Shown piece by piece: positions 1 to 8,687 of a stretch of 20,087 bases of DNA (position 1 is its first letter; the number at the start of each line of letters is the position of its first letter). Source of the DNA: a virus; the IMG/VR virus record IMGVR_UViG_3300031994_000596, positions 1 to 20,087 of that record; one strand, given 5' to 3'. The notes beneath the pieces were generated by a model, which was not told the DNA's origin, searched no databases, and saw nothing but the letters and a program-made list of their open reading frames with translations. Position numbers and translations under genes: made by a program.

Positions 1-168
1 CAGCCAAAAAGAGCTCCCGGGCGCGCACGCGAGGGTTTTGGAAAGTTGAGCCGGCCAATAAGTTGATAGAAAATCGCGTCATATCGCAGGATTTTTTAAT
101 ACGTTTTCGCAACTTTTCCGCAATTCGGGAGAGTTGATTTTTTATGCCGGAAGATACGGAGGGAGACG

Positions 169-510
169 ATGGCAAAGGCAGTATCCAGCTACCGGAAGCT
201 GCTGAAGTTCGGGAAGATCTTCGAGGTGGACAAGGACGAAGACTTCAAGGCGGCGGCCATGACCTACGCGGAGGAGGTTGCGCTGATCGCACAGATGAGG
301 ACGCAGCTGGAAGAGGACGGGATGACGGTCGAGAAGGAATACGTGAAGGGCCGGCAGAACGTGTGCATTCATCCGCTGGTCCAGGAGATCCCGAAACACG
401 TGGATTGCGCGAACCGGACGCTGGGGATCCTGGGAGAGATCATCGTGAAGCGCGGGAAGAAGAAGCCGGACGAGGTGGACGGCCTCAGCGAGTTCCGGCT
501 GACAGGCTGA
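169..510 (+). CDS. terS: Terminase small subunit, P27-like family
   Basis: 113-aa ORF immediately upstream of the large terminase. GGAGGGAG RBS lies about 5 nt before the ATG at 169. Size, position and the helical, charged sequence (HPLVQEI...ANRTLGILGEIIV) resemble P27-family small terminases. Family call is from memory. Confidence 0.75.
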   Translation: MAKAVSSYRKLLKFGKIFEVDKDEDFKAAAMTYAEEVALIAQMRTQLEEDGMTVEKEYVKGRQNVCIHPLVQEIPKHVDCANRTLGILGEIIVKRGKKKPDEVDGLSEFRLTG

Positions 511-552
511 CAATGGCGGAGGTGCGATGGATAACGGCGGGGTGGTCGGGGC

Positions 553-2391
553 GTGAATGACGAGAACGCGATCCTGACGTATTACCAGGGAATCCGGGAC
601 GGAAGCATCACGGTCGGCAAATGGATCCGGATGCTCTATGAGATCATCGTGGACGGCCTGGAAAACAAGCGCTGGTATTTTGACCAGCGGAAGGCGTCCA
701 ACGCGATCCGGTTCATGGAGCGATTCTGCCACCACAATAAGGGACCGCTCGCGCCGCAGCGGCTGACGCTGAGCCTGTGGGAGCGGGCGGCAATCAGCGA
801 CATCTTCGGCATCGTGGACGCGGACGGCCTCCGGCAGTTTACGGAGGTGCTGTGGGTCATCGGCAGGAAGCAGGGCAAGACGATCATTGCCGGCGGAGGC
901 ATCGGGACCTACATGGCATACGCGGCCGGGGAATACGGCAGCGAGATCTATTACCTGGCTCCGAAACTTGACCAGGCGGATCTGTGCTTCAGCGCGTTTC
1001 AATTCAACGTGGACAAGGAGCCGGATCTGCTGAAACGGACAAAGAGCACAAAGAGCCGGGGACTGTTCATCAAAGAGACGAACACGACGATCAAGAAGCT
1101 GCCGTTCACGGACCGGAAGAGCGACGGCTATAACCCGATGTTCTATGTGGCGGACGAAATCGCCAGCTGGCCGGGAGACAGGGGCCTGAAACAGTGGGAG
1201 GTCATGGTCTCCGGCACGGGCGCAAGGCGGGAGCCGCTGGGGCTCGCGATCAGCAGCGCCGGGTATGAGAACGACGGGATATTCGATGAGCTGTTCAAGC
1301 GCGGGACAGCTTTTTTGAATGGGAACAGCCGGGAACAGCACCTGTTGCCGCTGCTGTACATGATCGACGATCCGGAGAAGTGGGACGATATCAACGAACT
1401 CCGGAAGAGCCTGCCGGGCCTGGGCGAAAGCGTGAGCGTGAAGTTCATCCTGAAGGAGATCGACACGGCGCACGAAAGCCTGAGCAAAAAGACGGAGTTC
1501 CTGACGAAATACTGCAACATCAAGCAGAACAGCTCCGTGGCGTGGCTCAGCACGGAGACAATCCGGCGGAGCTTCAACATCGGGGACGGATTCGGGGAGA
1601 AGCTGAAGCTGATCACAAGCCCGAAGGGCGGATTCAGGACGCCGGAGGAGCATCAGGCGATGATCCGGACGGCGGAGGACGTCGGGCCGGATGGGCTCAG
1701 GTGGCAGATGGCCATGCGGAAAGCCGGGAAGATCACCGAAGAGGGAAACCGGTTGACGCTGGAGGATTTCAACGATTGCTACGGGCTGGCGGGAATCGAC
1801 CTTTCGCAGACGACGGACCTGACGGCCTGCTGCCTGCTGATCCAGCGCGGCGGAGTGGTCTACTACTTCGTGCGGTTCTTCATCCCCAGGGAAAAGGTGG
1901 AGGAAGCAACGGCGCGGGACGGACTGCCGTACAGGAAATACATCGAGCGCGGTTTCCTGATCGAGAGCGGGGACAACTTCGTGGATTATAACGATTGCTT
2001 CCGCTGGTACGCGGATCTGATCGAAAAGTATCACATTTACGTGATGCAGGTAGGCCTGGACAGGTACTGCGCACAATACCTGCAGGCGCAGATGGAGCGG
2101 TACGGGTTTCACTGCGACACGGTATTCCAGGGGACCAACCTGACCGGCGTGATCAATACGACGGAAGGCATGCTGAAGGACGGAACGCTGCAGTGCGCGG
2201 AGGATAACGACCTGATGAAGATTCATCTGCTCGACGCGGCGCTGAAGACGGAAGCGGAGACGAACCGGAAGAAGCTGATCAAGATAAGCAAGCGGGCGCA
2301 CGTGGACGGCGTGGCCTGCCTGCTGGATGCGATGTGCATGCGGGCAAACAAGTGGGAAGAGATGAAAAACCGTCTGAGAAATGAAAGGTGA
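553..2391 (+). CDS. terL: Terminase large subunit (Terminase_1 / HK97-like ATPase-nuclease)
   Basis: 612-aa ORF with a GTG start; no in-frame ATG exists between the upstream stop at 508-510 and 553. Walker A-like VIGRKQGKT, typical N-terminal ILTYYQGIRDGSITVGKWI, and a C-terminal nuclease-like region. Sits between terS and portal. Confidence 0.93.
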   Translation: MNDENAILTYYQGIRDGSITVGKWIRMLYEIIVDGLENKRWYFDQRKASNAIRFMERFCHHNKGPLAPQRLTLSLWERAAISDIFGIVDADGLRQFTEVLWVIGRKQGKTIIAGGGIGTYMAYAAGEYGSEIYYLAPKLDQADLCFSAFQFNVDKEPDLLKRTKSTKSRGLFIKETNTTIKKLPFTDRKSDGYNPMFYVADEIASWPGDRGLKQWEVMVSGTGARREPLGLAISSAGYENDGIFDELFKRGTAFLNGNSREQHLLPLLYMIDDPEKWDDINELRKSLPGLGESVSVKFILKEIDTAHESLSKKTEFLTKYCNIKQNSSVAWLSTETIRRSFNIGDGFGEKLKLITSPKGGFRTPEEHQAMIRTAEDVGPDGLRWQMAMRKAGKITEEGNRLTLEDFNDCYGLAGIDLSQTTDLTACCLLIQRGGVVYYFVRFFIPREKVEEATARDGLPYRKYIERGFLIESGDNFVDYNDCFRWYADLIEKYHIYVMQVGLDRYCAQYLQAQMERYGFHCDTVFQGTNLTGVINTTEGMLKDGTLQCAEDNDLMKIHLLDAALKTEAETNRKKLIKISKRAHVDGVACLLDAMCMRANKWEEMKNRLRNER

Positions 2392-2396
2392 AGCAC

Positions 2397-3656
2397 ATGA
2401 AAACAGGCAGAAGCGTCGGGATCAGAGGGCTGTTTGAGAGCATCTTCGGATGGAACAGGCCGAAGGAGATACAGAAAGGCATCGAAGGCTTTTACAAAAC
2501 GCTGACAGCCTACACGCCGGCCTTCACGTCGTGGGGCGGAGCTCTGTATGAGAGCGAGCTGATCCGTGCCGCGATCGACGCCATTGCCAGGCACGCGGGA
2601 AAGATGACGCTGGACATCCAGGGGACGGCGAATCCGAAGCTGAGATCGCGCCTGCGGTCGGGACCGAACGAATGGCAGACGATGTATCAGTTCGTATATC
2701 GCCTGGTCACGATCCTGGAAATGCAGAACAACGCCTTCATCGTGCCGGTGCTGGATTACAACGCGAAAGGCGACCTGGAGATCCGCGGATACTTCCCTGT
2801 CCTGCCAAGCCGGACGGAAGTGCTGGACGTGGACGGAGAGCCGTGGATGAAATACAGCTTCCGGGACGGACAGACCGGATACATCGAGATGGAGCGCGTC
2901 GGGATCCTGAACAAGTTCCAGTATGAGGACGATATCTTCGGGGAAGACAACCGGGCGCTGAACGCGACGATGGACCTGATCAACATGCAGCAGCAGGGGA
3001 TCAAGGAAGGAATCAAGAACGGCGCGACGTTCCGGTTTATGGCTCAGATGTCGAACTTTACCAGCCCGACGGACCTGGCAAAGGAGCGGGAACGGTTCAA
3101 CGCCCAGAACCTGCAGGGCGAAAGCGGAGGCCTGCTCCTGTGGCCGTATGAGTACAAGGATCCGAAGCAGATTGAGCAGAAGCCGTACGTCGTGGACGCG
3201 GACCAGATGAAGCTGATCCAGGAGAGCGTGTTCAACTACTTCGGCGTGAACATGGACGTGCTGCAGAACAAGGCCGTCGGAGACGACTGGGCGGCATTCT
3301 ATGACGGGAAGCTGGAGCCGATCGCCGTGCAGATCGGCGAAGCGATGACGCGGATGACATTCAGCCGGCGGGAGATCGCCCAGGGAAACATGGTCACCGT
3401 GAGCGCGAACCGGCTGCAGTACGCGAGCACAAAAGAGAAACTGGACGTCAGTTCCCAGATGGCGGACCGGGGCATCATGAACCGGAACGAGATCCGGGAG
3501 ATCTGGGGCCTGCCGCCGATCGAAGGCGGGGATATGTTCCTGGTCCGGGGTGAGTATAAGGATCCGGACGCGGAGAGTGTGACGGTCACGGAGGAAACTG
3601 AAGAAACTACGGAGGCCATCATCGAAACGGAGGGGAAAGACGATGCCGAAGAATGA
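2397..3656 (+). CDS. Portal protein, HK97 family
   Basis: About 419-aa ORF directly after terL. The ATG at 2397 has AAAGG 8 nt upstream; an in-frame GTG at 2388 overlaps the terL stop as an alternative start. Size, position and acidic C-terminal tail are typical of HK97-type portals. Confidence 0.9.
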   Translation: MKTGRSVGIRGLFESIFGWNRPKEIQKGIEGFYKTLTAYTPAFTSWGGALYESELIRAAIDAIARHAGKMTLDIQGTANPKLRSRLRSGPNEWQTMYQFVYRLVTILEMQNNAFIVPVLDYNAKGDLEIRGYFPVLPSRTEVLDVDGEPWMKYSFRDGQTGYIEMERVGILNKFQYEDDIFGEDNRALNATMDLINMQQQGIKEGIKNGATFRFMAQMSNFTSPTDLAKERERFNAQNLQGESGGLLLWPYEYKDPKQIEQKPYVVDADQMKLIQESVFNYFGVNMDVLQNKAVGDDWAAFYDGKLEPIAVQIGEAMTRMTFSRREIAQGNMVTVSANRLQYASTKEKLDVSSQMADRGIMNRNEIREIWGLPPIEGGDMFLVRGEYKDPDAESVTVTEETEETTEAIIETEGKDDAEE

Positions 3657-4275
3657 GAGACGCGAGTACCGGAGCATGCCGGTCATGGCTGTACAGCGTA
3701 CAGAAGGTGAAGCGGAAAAATCGTACAAGGTACGAGGATACGCGAGCACGTTTGACGAGCCCTATGTCCTGTTTGAGGATTGGGATGGCTCCGCGTTCTA
3801 TGAGGTCATCGATCCGCACGCGTTCGACGATGCGGACATGGATGACGTGATCATGCAATATGACCACATGGGCATGGTGTTCGCCAGGACGAGGAACAGC
3901 AGCCTCAAGCTTGGCATTGACGAGCACGGCCTTTGGATCGAGGCGGATCTGGGGCTGACGCAGGACAGCAGGCGGATGTTCGAGGCCATTGATACCGGGC
4001 TGATCGACAGGATGAGTTTCTGCTTTGTGATCGCGGAGGACGGCGAGGAATTCGACAAGGCGACGAAGACCAGCCGGATCATGAAGATCACGAAGGTATA
4101 TGACGTATCGGCGGTTTCAATCCCCGCAAACCCGGGGACGGAAATAAGCAAAGCGCGGAAGCGTTTCCTGGACGGAGTGATCCAGGAAGAGCGGACGGAG
4201 AGATCCGCTGCGGAAGCCAGAGCGAAAAAAATCAGGATCCTGCGCCTGAAGGCCAGGATCGCGCAAGGAGGTTAA
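3643..4275 (+). CDS. Prohead maturation protease, HK97 (S78/U35) family
   Basis: 210 aa, overlaps the portal end by 14 nt. The pattern YKVRGYASTFDEPY...HGLWIEADL...IDRMSFCF...VYDVSAVSIPANPGT matches the HK97 prohead protease layout. Lies between portal and capsid. Confidence 0.9.
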   Translation: MPKNERREYRSMPVMAVQRTEGEAEKSYKVRGYASTFDEPYVLFEDWDGSAFYEVIDPHAFDDADMDDVIMQYDHMGMVFARTRNSSLKLGIDEHGLWIEADLGLTQDSRRMFEAIDTGLIDRMSFCFVIAEDGEEFDKATKTSRIMKITKVYDVSAVSIPANPGTEISKARKRFLDGVIQEERTERSAAEARAKKIRILRLKARIAQGG

Positions 4276-4279
4276 ACTC

Positions 4280-5491
4280 ATGGATTTCAATCTCGACGAA
4301 ATGAGCGTTGAAGAGCTGGACGAACTGCTGAAGAAGATCCAGGCGAAGCTGGAACAGCTGCAGGGTGAAGGCGAAGAACGCGAGGGCGAGGAAGGCGAAG
4401 CCGGCGAGGAACCGGTGGAGGGCCTGGACGAGCTGAGCGATGATCTCGATGAGCTGGAGCAGCTGATCGACGACATCGAGAGCCGGAAGGCAAAGATCAA
4501 CGCGAAGGCGGAGAAACGCTCGGCGCTGATCCGGAAGATTGCCGGCGGAGAAGCCGGAAAGAAGGTCAGAACCTTCGAACATCTGAACAAGGAGGAAAAA
4601 CCCATGGAAAATGAAAAACTGTACCGCTCTGCGTGGCTGAAGAACCTGCAGGGCAAGCCACTGAGCGCTGAAGAGCGCACTGCCCTGGCCAACGGATCCT
4701 ATGTGATCCCGCAGGAAACCATCAACAAGATCTACGGCGCGATGGAGCTGTATCCCTTGCTCAACGCCGTTGAGGTCATGCGGATCCCCGGCACCGTGAT
4801 CGTGCCCGTGGAAGGCACCGTGAACGATGCAGCCGTCGTGGCGATGGGCACCGCTGCCACCGATTCAGAAGACGCGATGGCCGAGGTCGCCCTGGGAACC
4901 TACAAGCTGATCAAGACCATCGAGATCACCGCGGACGTCGCCGCGATGGCGATCCCCGCCTTCGAGACCTGGCTGGTCGAGCGCCTGGCCAACAAGATCT
5001 TCCGTCTCGTGACCAAGAAGATCGCGTCCGGCTCCGGCTCCTCTGAGCCCACCGGCCTGACAAGCATCAGCGCCACCGATCAGACCTACACCAAGGCCGC
5101 GATTACCTTCACCGACATCCTGGCGATCATCGCGAAGCTGCCGACGGAGTACACGCCGAACGCCACCTTCGTCATGAGCCGGACAACGTTCTGGCAGAAC
5201 GTGCTGGCCGTGAAGGACAGCGACAACCGCCCGATCGTCGTGGCGGATGCCCAGAGCCCGGCGAAGTTCAACGTCATGGGATTCCCGGTCATCCTGGAAG
5301 ACGAAATCGGCACCGACATCATCTTCGGCGACCTGAAGGAAGGCTATGTCTGGAACTTCGGCAAGGACATCGACGTGGCCCGTGATGAGTCCGTCGGCTT
5401 CCGTTCCGGCAGCACCGTCTTCCGCGGCATGTGCCTGGGAGACGGCAAGCCCACCGGAGTCGGCCTGGTGCGCTACACAAAAGCCACCTGA
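4280..5491 (+). CDS. Major capsid protein, HK97 fold, with acidic coiled-coil N-terminal delta/scaffold domain
   Basis: 403 aa with GGAGG 7 nt upstream. The N-terminal roughly 110 aa is a highly acidic coiled coil (EGEEREGEEGEAGEE...DELEQLIDDIE). This is followed by a typical HK97-type body (LYPLLNAV...GTYKLIKTIEIT...FVMSRTTF...GFPVILED). No separate scaffold gene is present, consistent with the HK97 arrangement. Confidence 0.93.
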   Translation: MDFNLDEMSVEELDELLKKIQAKLEQLQGEGEEREGEEGEAGEEPVEGLDELSDDLDELEQLIDDIESRKAKINAKAEKRSALIRKIAGGEAGKKVRTFEHLNKEEKPMENEKLYRSAWLKNLQGKPLSAEERTALANGSYVIPQETINKIYGAMELYPLLNAVEVMRIPGTVIVPVEGTVNDAAVVAMGTAATDSEDAMAEVALGTYKLIKTIEITADVAAMAIPAFETWLVERLANKIFRLVTKKIASGSGSSEPTGLTSISATDQTYTKAAITFTDILAIIAKLPTEYTPNATFVMSRTTFWQNVLAVKDSDNRPIVVADAQSPAKFNVMGFPVILEDEIGTDIIFGDLKEGYVWNFGKDIDVARDESVGFRSGSTVFRGMCLGDGKPTGVGLVRYTKAT

Positions 5492-5877
5492 TGAGTCTGA
5501 GCGCTGACATCGACTCATCGGTAGACCTCCTCGGAAAGATCGTCACCGATCTGCAGGATGAGGTAACCGTCAGCGGAGACACCATCAGCGGCACGCTGCT
5601 CTATGTCGACGATTATACCGGGTTCTCCGGGGACCCGGCGGAGCAGGCAGGCAATTATCTGGTCGTGAAGTGTGAAGCTTCTGAGGGCGACACGATCGTT
5701 CTGGAACTGATCGGAGGCGTACACGGTCCGGTAACGCTGGACAGTGACGGCATCTGCATCATCCGGATCACGAATCCGGCGACACAGCAGCTGAAATATA
5801 CGGCGACCGGCGCGGACGGCAGCACGGAGACGAAGATCTGGAAGCTGACCGGCTTGACGCTTACGCCGGAATCCTGA
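5491..5877 (+). CDS. Hypothetical head-associated protein (possible decoration or Ig-like protein)
   Basis: The ATG at 5491 overlaps the capsid TGA (ATGA coupling), giving MSLSADIDSS..., 128 aa, beta-rich. The track ORF start at 5431 lies inside the capsid gene and encodes an Arg-rich leader, so it is unlikely. Function is guessed from position only. Confidence 0.6.
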   Translation: MSLSADIDSSVDLLGKIVTDLQDEVTVSGDTISGTLLYVDDYTGFSGDPAEQAGNYLVVKCEASEGDTIVLELIGGVHGPVTLDSDGICIIRITNPATQQLKYTATGADGSTETKIWKLTGLTLTPES

Positions 5878-5891
5878 CGGAGGTGCTGACA

Positions 5892-5999
5892 ATGAAGTGT
5901 CTCAACAGCGCAACGCCTGACGGAAACGCTCAGGCGGCGAAGCCGTCCGAAGCGCCGAAGAAGGCGAAGAAGACGAAGAAAACTGAATCCGAAGGCTGA
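5892..5999 (+). CDS. Candidate 35-aa lysine-rich micro-ORF (MKCLNSATPDGNAQAAKPSEAPKKAKKTKKTESEG)
   Basis: Below the ORF-track cutoff. GGAGGTG lies at 5879-5885, 6 nt before the ATG at 5892. GC-rich third positions match neighbouring genes. It is followed by the terminator at 6014-6049. No homology could be assessed. Confidence 0.35.
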   Translation: MKCLNSATPDGNAQAAKPSEAPKKAKKTKKTESEG

Positions 6000-6013
6000 C
6001 GCCTTTGGAGGAT

Positions 6014-6049
6014 GCCGGCGGGAACACGCTCGCCCGCCGGCTTTATTTT
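6014..6049 (+). terminator. Rho-independent terminator/attenuator after the capsid module
   Basis: GCCGGCGGG (6014-6022) pairs with CCCGCCGGC (6033-6041) across a 10-nt loop, followed by TTTATTTT (6042-6049). Confidence 0.8.
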
Positions 6050-6073
6050 CACAGAAACCGGAGGGACGAAGAC

Positions 6074-6454
6074 ATGTCTGAGAACCAGGGCACGGCAACG
6101 AACACGGCGACAACGCCGACACTGCTGCAGAAGTGCATGAGCATGCTGGGCGTGACAGATACCGAATACGAGGACGAGATCCAGGATCTGATCGACGCGG
6201 CGAAGGCGGATCTGGGCATTGCCGGAGTCACGAAGGCGGACGTGGAGACAGATCCGCTTGTGAAGAAAGCGATCAAGACCTACGTGGCGATGAACTTCGG
6301 AGAAGGGACAGGAGGACCGGACAACCATCAGCAGCTGCGGGAAAGCTACGAAACGCAGAAGAAGCAGCTGAAGACGGCGACCGGCTACACCGACTGGGCA
6401 GACGGATCGGAGGATGATTCCGGGGAGGATCCTGCGGAGGGCGGTGACGGCTGA
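6074..6454 (+). CDS. Head-tail connector protein (gp6-like / DNA-packaging QLRG-type)
   Basis: ATG at 6074 with GGAGGGA about 8 nt upstream, so the real start is downstream of the track start at 6005, which overlaps the terminator. The sequence LLQKCMSMLGVTDTEYEDEIQDLIDAAKADLGIAGV matches the usual N-terminus of gp6-like connectors. Position follows the capsid module. Confidence 0.75.
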   Translation: MSENQGTATNTATTPTLLQKCMSMLGVTDTEYEDEIQDLIDAAKADLGIAGVTKADVETDPLVKKAIKTYVAMNFGEGTGGPDNHQQLRESYETQKKQLKTATGYTDWADGSEDDSGEDPAEGGDG

Positions 6455-6759
6455 TGTCAAGACGGAAGATCTGCTACCTGATCACGGAGACAACGAAGGC
6501 CCGCGGCGTATACAACGCGCCGACGGTCACGGAAACGAAGCGATTCTGCCAGGAACTGAGCGTAACACGGACGGAATACTATGACGCCGACAACGTGGGG
6601 CTGAAACCGGAAGTCGTGCTGAAACTGAGCCGGGCCAGCGAGTACAACAACGAGCTGACGCTGCGGTACCAGGAGAAGGTATACGACATCATCAGGAACT
6701 ATCCGACGCGGGACGGCGGCATCGAACTGGTCTGCCAGAGGAGTGATATCAATGCCTGA
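6454..6759 (+). CDS. Head closure / head-tail adaptor protein (SPP1 gp16-like)
   Basis: 101 aa with TGATG stop/start overlap with the connector gene. Size, position and beta-rich sequence are typical. Family call is from memory. Confidence 0.65.
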   Translation: MSRRKICYLITETTKARGVYNAPTVTETKRFCQELSVTRTEYYDADNVGLKPEVVLKLSRASEYNNELTLRYQEKVYDIIRNYPTRDGGIELVCQRSDINA

Positions 6760-7201
6760 GACAACGACAGAGACCACGGACCGGATCGAGGAACTGGTCA
6801 CGGCGCTGAGTGCGACGGGCATTGATTTCGTCCGGGAGGCGTGGATCGACGAGAACAACGATATGGGCAGGCGGGATTACGGCGTGGTAACGCTCGCCGG
6901 CGAGCCTGCGCAGATCTGGGGAGACGATCAGCTGATCATGCAGAGCCAGAAGGGTGAGGTGATCCTCTACCTGATGGACGGAGACAACCGGAAGGCGCAT
7001 GCCGTGCAGGAAGTACTGCGAAATCAGAAGGATATCTCCTTCACAGTGAGTGGGCATGACTTCCTGCGGGACCTGATGGCGACACGGTGGCGGTGGAAGT
7101 TCGAACTGGAGGAATATCTGACGGGACTGGAAGATCCGGAGCCGGAGGATGATCCGGAGGATGATGACGAAGATGGCCAGGCTGACAGTGAAGGGAATTG
7201 A
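6752..7201 (+). CDS. Hypothetical neck/tail-completion module protein with poly-acidic C-terminus
   Basis: The ATG at 6752 has GAGGAG 8 nt upstream (track start is the GTG at 6743). About 149 aa ending in EDPEPEDDPEDDDEDGQADSEGN. Function is inferred from position only. Confidence 0.55.
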   Translation: MPETTTETTDRIEELVTALSATGIDFVREAWIDENNDMGRRDYGVVTLAGEPAQIWGDDQLIMQSQKGEVILYLMDGDNRKAHAVQEVLRNQKDISFTVSGHDFLRDLMATRWRWKFELEEYLTGLEDPEPEDDPEDDDEDGQADSEGN

Positions 7202-7604
7202 AGAACTGGAGAACCGGCTGAAGGCGATCGGCGACGGCCTGCGCGGAGAGGCGGAGGTTAAGATGCTGAAGGCAGGAGCTCAGGTGCTTGTGGACGCGTG
7301 GGGAAGCGAGATTGAATCACGCGGGCACAGGGTAACGGGCGAGATGCTGCGGAATGTCGGAATGACAGAAGTGCATACCGGGAAAGACGGGCTGGAAATC
7401 AGCGTATATCCGATGGGAACGGACAGACACAGAATCACCAACGCGCAGAAGGCGTACATCCTGCACCATGGCAGACAACCAACACACAGGGGAACCAAAG
7501 AAATCAAGGGCGACAAATTCGTAACAGAGGCGGAGAAGGCGGCAAAACCGAGAGTATACGAGGCGATGCAGCAAGCCCTGAACGAATACATCTCAGGAAA
7601 GTGA
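7173..7604 (+). CDS. HK97 gp10-family tail-component (tail completion) protein
   Basis: MARLTVKGIEELENRLKAI...VTGEMLRNV...YILHHG...KFVTEAEKAAKPRVYEAM follows the gp10-family pattern (TG-L-SI, YA-EFG-like core, C-terminal PF-A). The start is uncertain among ATGs at 7149, 7161, 7164 and 7173. Confidence 0.7.
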   Translation: MARLTVKGIEELENRLKAIGDGLRGEAEVKMLKAGAQVLVDAWGSEIESRGHRVTGEMLRNVGMTEVHTGKDGLEISVYPMGTDRHRITNAQKAYILHHGRQPTHRGTKEIKGDKFVTEAEKAAKPRVYEAMQQALNEYISGK

Positions 7605-7614
7605 GGGAAACCAA

Positions 7615-8217
7615 ATGGCACAGGTCACACTGAAAAATCTCGTTGTGGCTCCGCTGACGGCTGAGACTGCCGGATCCGCGCCGACTTACGGCACGGGAAG
7701 GAAGGTCGGGCACCTGATGAAGGCCAACATCAGCTGGAACCGCGGCGACGTGAAGCTGTACGGCGACGACAAGCTGGTAGACAAGGACAACAGCATCACC
7801 AGCGGCACGCTGTCGATCGACAGCACTTATCTGAGCCGGGAAGACAGGCAGATGCTGCTGGACTTCGCGAACTTCAACACGCCGGGAACTGGCGAGGCAC
7901 AGGAATACGTCCTCGGGGACGAGGCATCCCCTTACGTGGGCGTTGGGTATGTCTGGAAGGACAACCTGATCAGCAGCAAGCCCTATATCGCATACTGGTA
8001 TTTCAAGGTCCAGTTCGGCATGAACGAGGACATGGAGACCAAGGGCGAAAGCACGCAGTACAACGTGCCGACGATCGAGGGCGAGGTATTCGCGGTGCAG
8101 CCGATGGCCAACCTGAAGAACAAGTTCAGGCTGGAGGCGGATTTCGCGTCAGAAGCGGACGCGATCGCCTGGTTGAACGCGAAGGCGGGCGTAAGTTCTC
8201 AGTCATCCGGAACCTGA
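7615..8217 (+). CDS. Major tail (tube) protein, phi13-like family
   Basis: 200 aa with GAGGGA RBS. The N-terminus, VTLKNLVVAPLT...YGTGRKVGHLMKANISWNRGDVKLYGDDKLV, matches the phi13-type major tail protein pattern. It lies directly upstream of the chaperone and tape-measure genes. Confidence 0.85.
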   Translation: MAQVTLKNLVVAPLTAETAGSAPTYGTGRKVGHLMKANISWNRGDVKLYGDDKLVDKDNSITSGTLSIDSTYLSREDRQMLLDFANFNTPGTGEAQEYVLGDEASPYVGVGYVWKDNLISSKPYIAYWYFKVQFGMNEDMETKGESTQYNVPTIEGEVFAVQPMANLKNKFRLEADFASEADAIAWLNAKAGVSSQSSGT

Positions 8218-8230
8218 TCCGGAAGCACAA

Positions 8231-8255
8231 GGGAGCGGAGGTTTTCTCCGCTCCC
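8231..8255 (+). terminator. GC-rich hairpin after the major tail gene (weak terminator, attenuator or mRNA stabiliser)
   Basis: GGGAGCGGAG (8231-8240) pairs with CTCCGCTCCC (8246-8255) across the loop GTTTT. The downstream U tract is poor (GGATTTGACGTT), so read-through into the chaperone gene is expected. Confidence 0.5.
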
Positions 8256-8291
8256 GGATTTGACGTTATAAAAGAAAAGGAGCGTAAAAAA

Positions 8292-8687
8292 ATGATCAAG
8301 TACACAGGGAAAGACGGAAAAGAGTATATCCTGCGGTTCGATATGAGCGCGATGAAAGCGCTGCGGGAAAAGTTCGGCGGAGCAGCGGAAGGGCTGCAGA
8401 AGCTGGGCATGAAGGATATAGAAGCCGTGAGGGATATCTTCGTCATTCTGGCACAGGCCGGAGCGGAATATATGGCGGAGGAAGAGGGCCGGATCTGCAA
8501 GGAGCAAATCACCGGGGAAGGGCTGCTGACGAAGCACAGCAGCATGGGACGCGTGAACGGGATGATGGTCGCGATCCAGGAAGCGGTGAAGGACGGGAAC
8601 CGGATGCAGTCCAAGGATGAGGAAGACGATCAGATCCGGGACGGCTATCTGGATGAGCTGAAGAAACAGGAAGCAGAAAAAAACTGA
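8292..8687 (+). CDS. Tail assembly chaperone (gpG analogue)
   Basis: 131 aa between the major tail and tape-measure genes, with AAGGAG RBS. It ends at the A-rich slippery site. Confidence 0.85.
   Translation: MIKYTGKDGKEYILRFDMSAMKALREKFGGAAEGLQKLGMKDIEAVRDIFVILAQAGAEYMAEEEGRICKEQITGEGLLTKHSSMGRVNGMMVAIQEAVKDGNRMQSKDEEDDQIRDGYLDELKKQEAEKN

Noticed and set aside
1-168. Possible 3' end of an upstream gene (frame 1 is open to the TGA at 64-66), a cos/pac site, or a late promoter (TTGATA at 63-68) ahead of terS.
   Set aside because: A 21-codon fragment cannot be identified. No -10 element lies at proper spacing from TTGATA. A cos or pac site cannot be recognised from sequence alone.
142-3749. 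Very long minus-strand ORFs (142-2301, 719 aa; 2223-3749, 508 aa) antisense to terminase and portal. Similar antisense ORFs occur at 4117-4692, 4865-5518, 8812-9879, 9807-10517 and 10657-11226.
   Set aside because: They are Arg/Pro/Leu/His-rich low-complexity translations of the antisense strand of clearly recognisable + strand phage genes. Stop codons are rare in the antisense frame of high-GC3 coding DNA. They have no RBS and no family resemblance.
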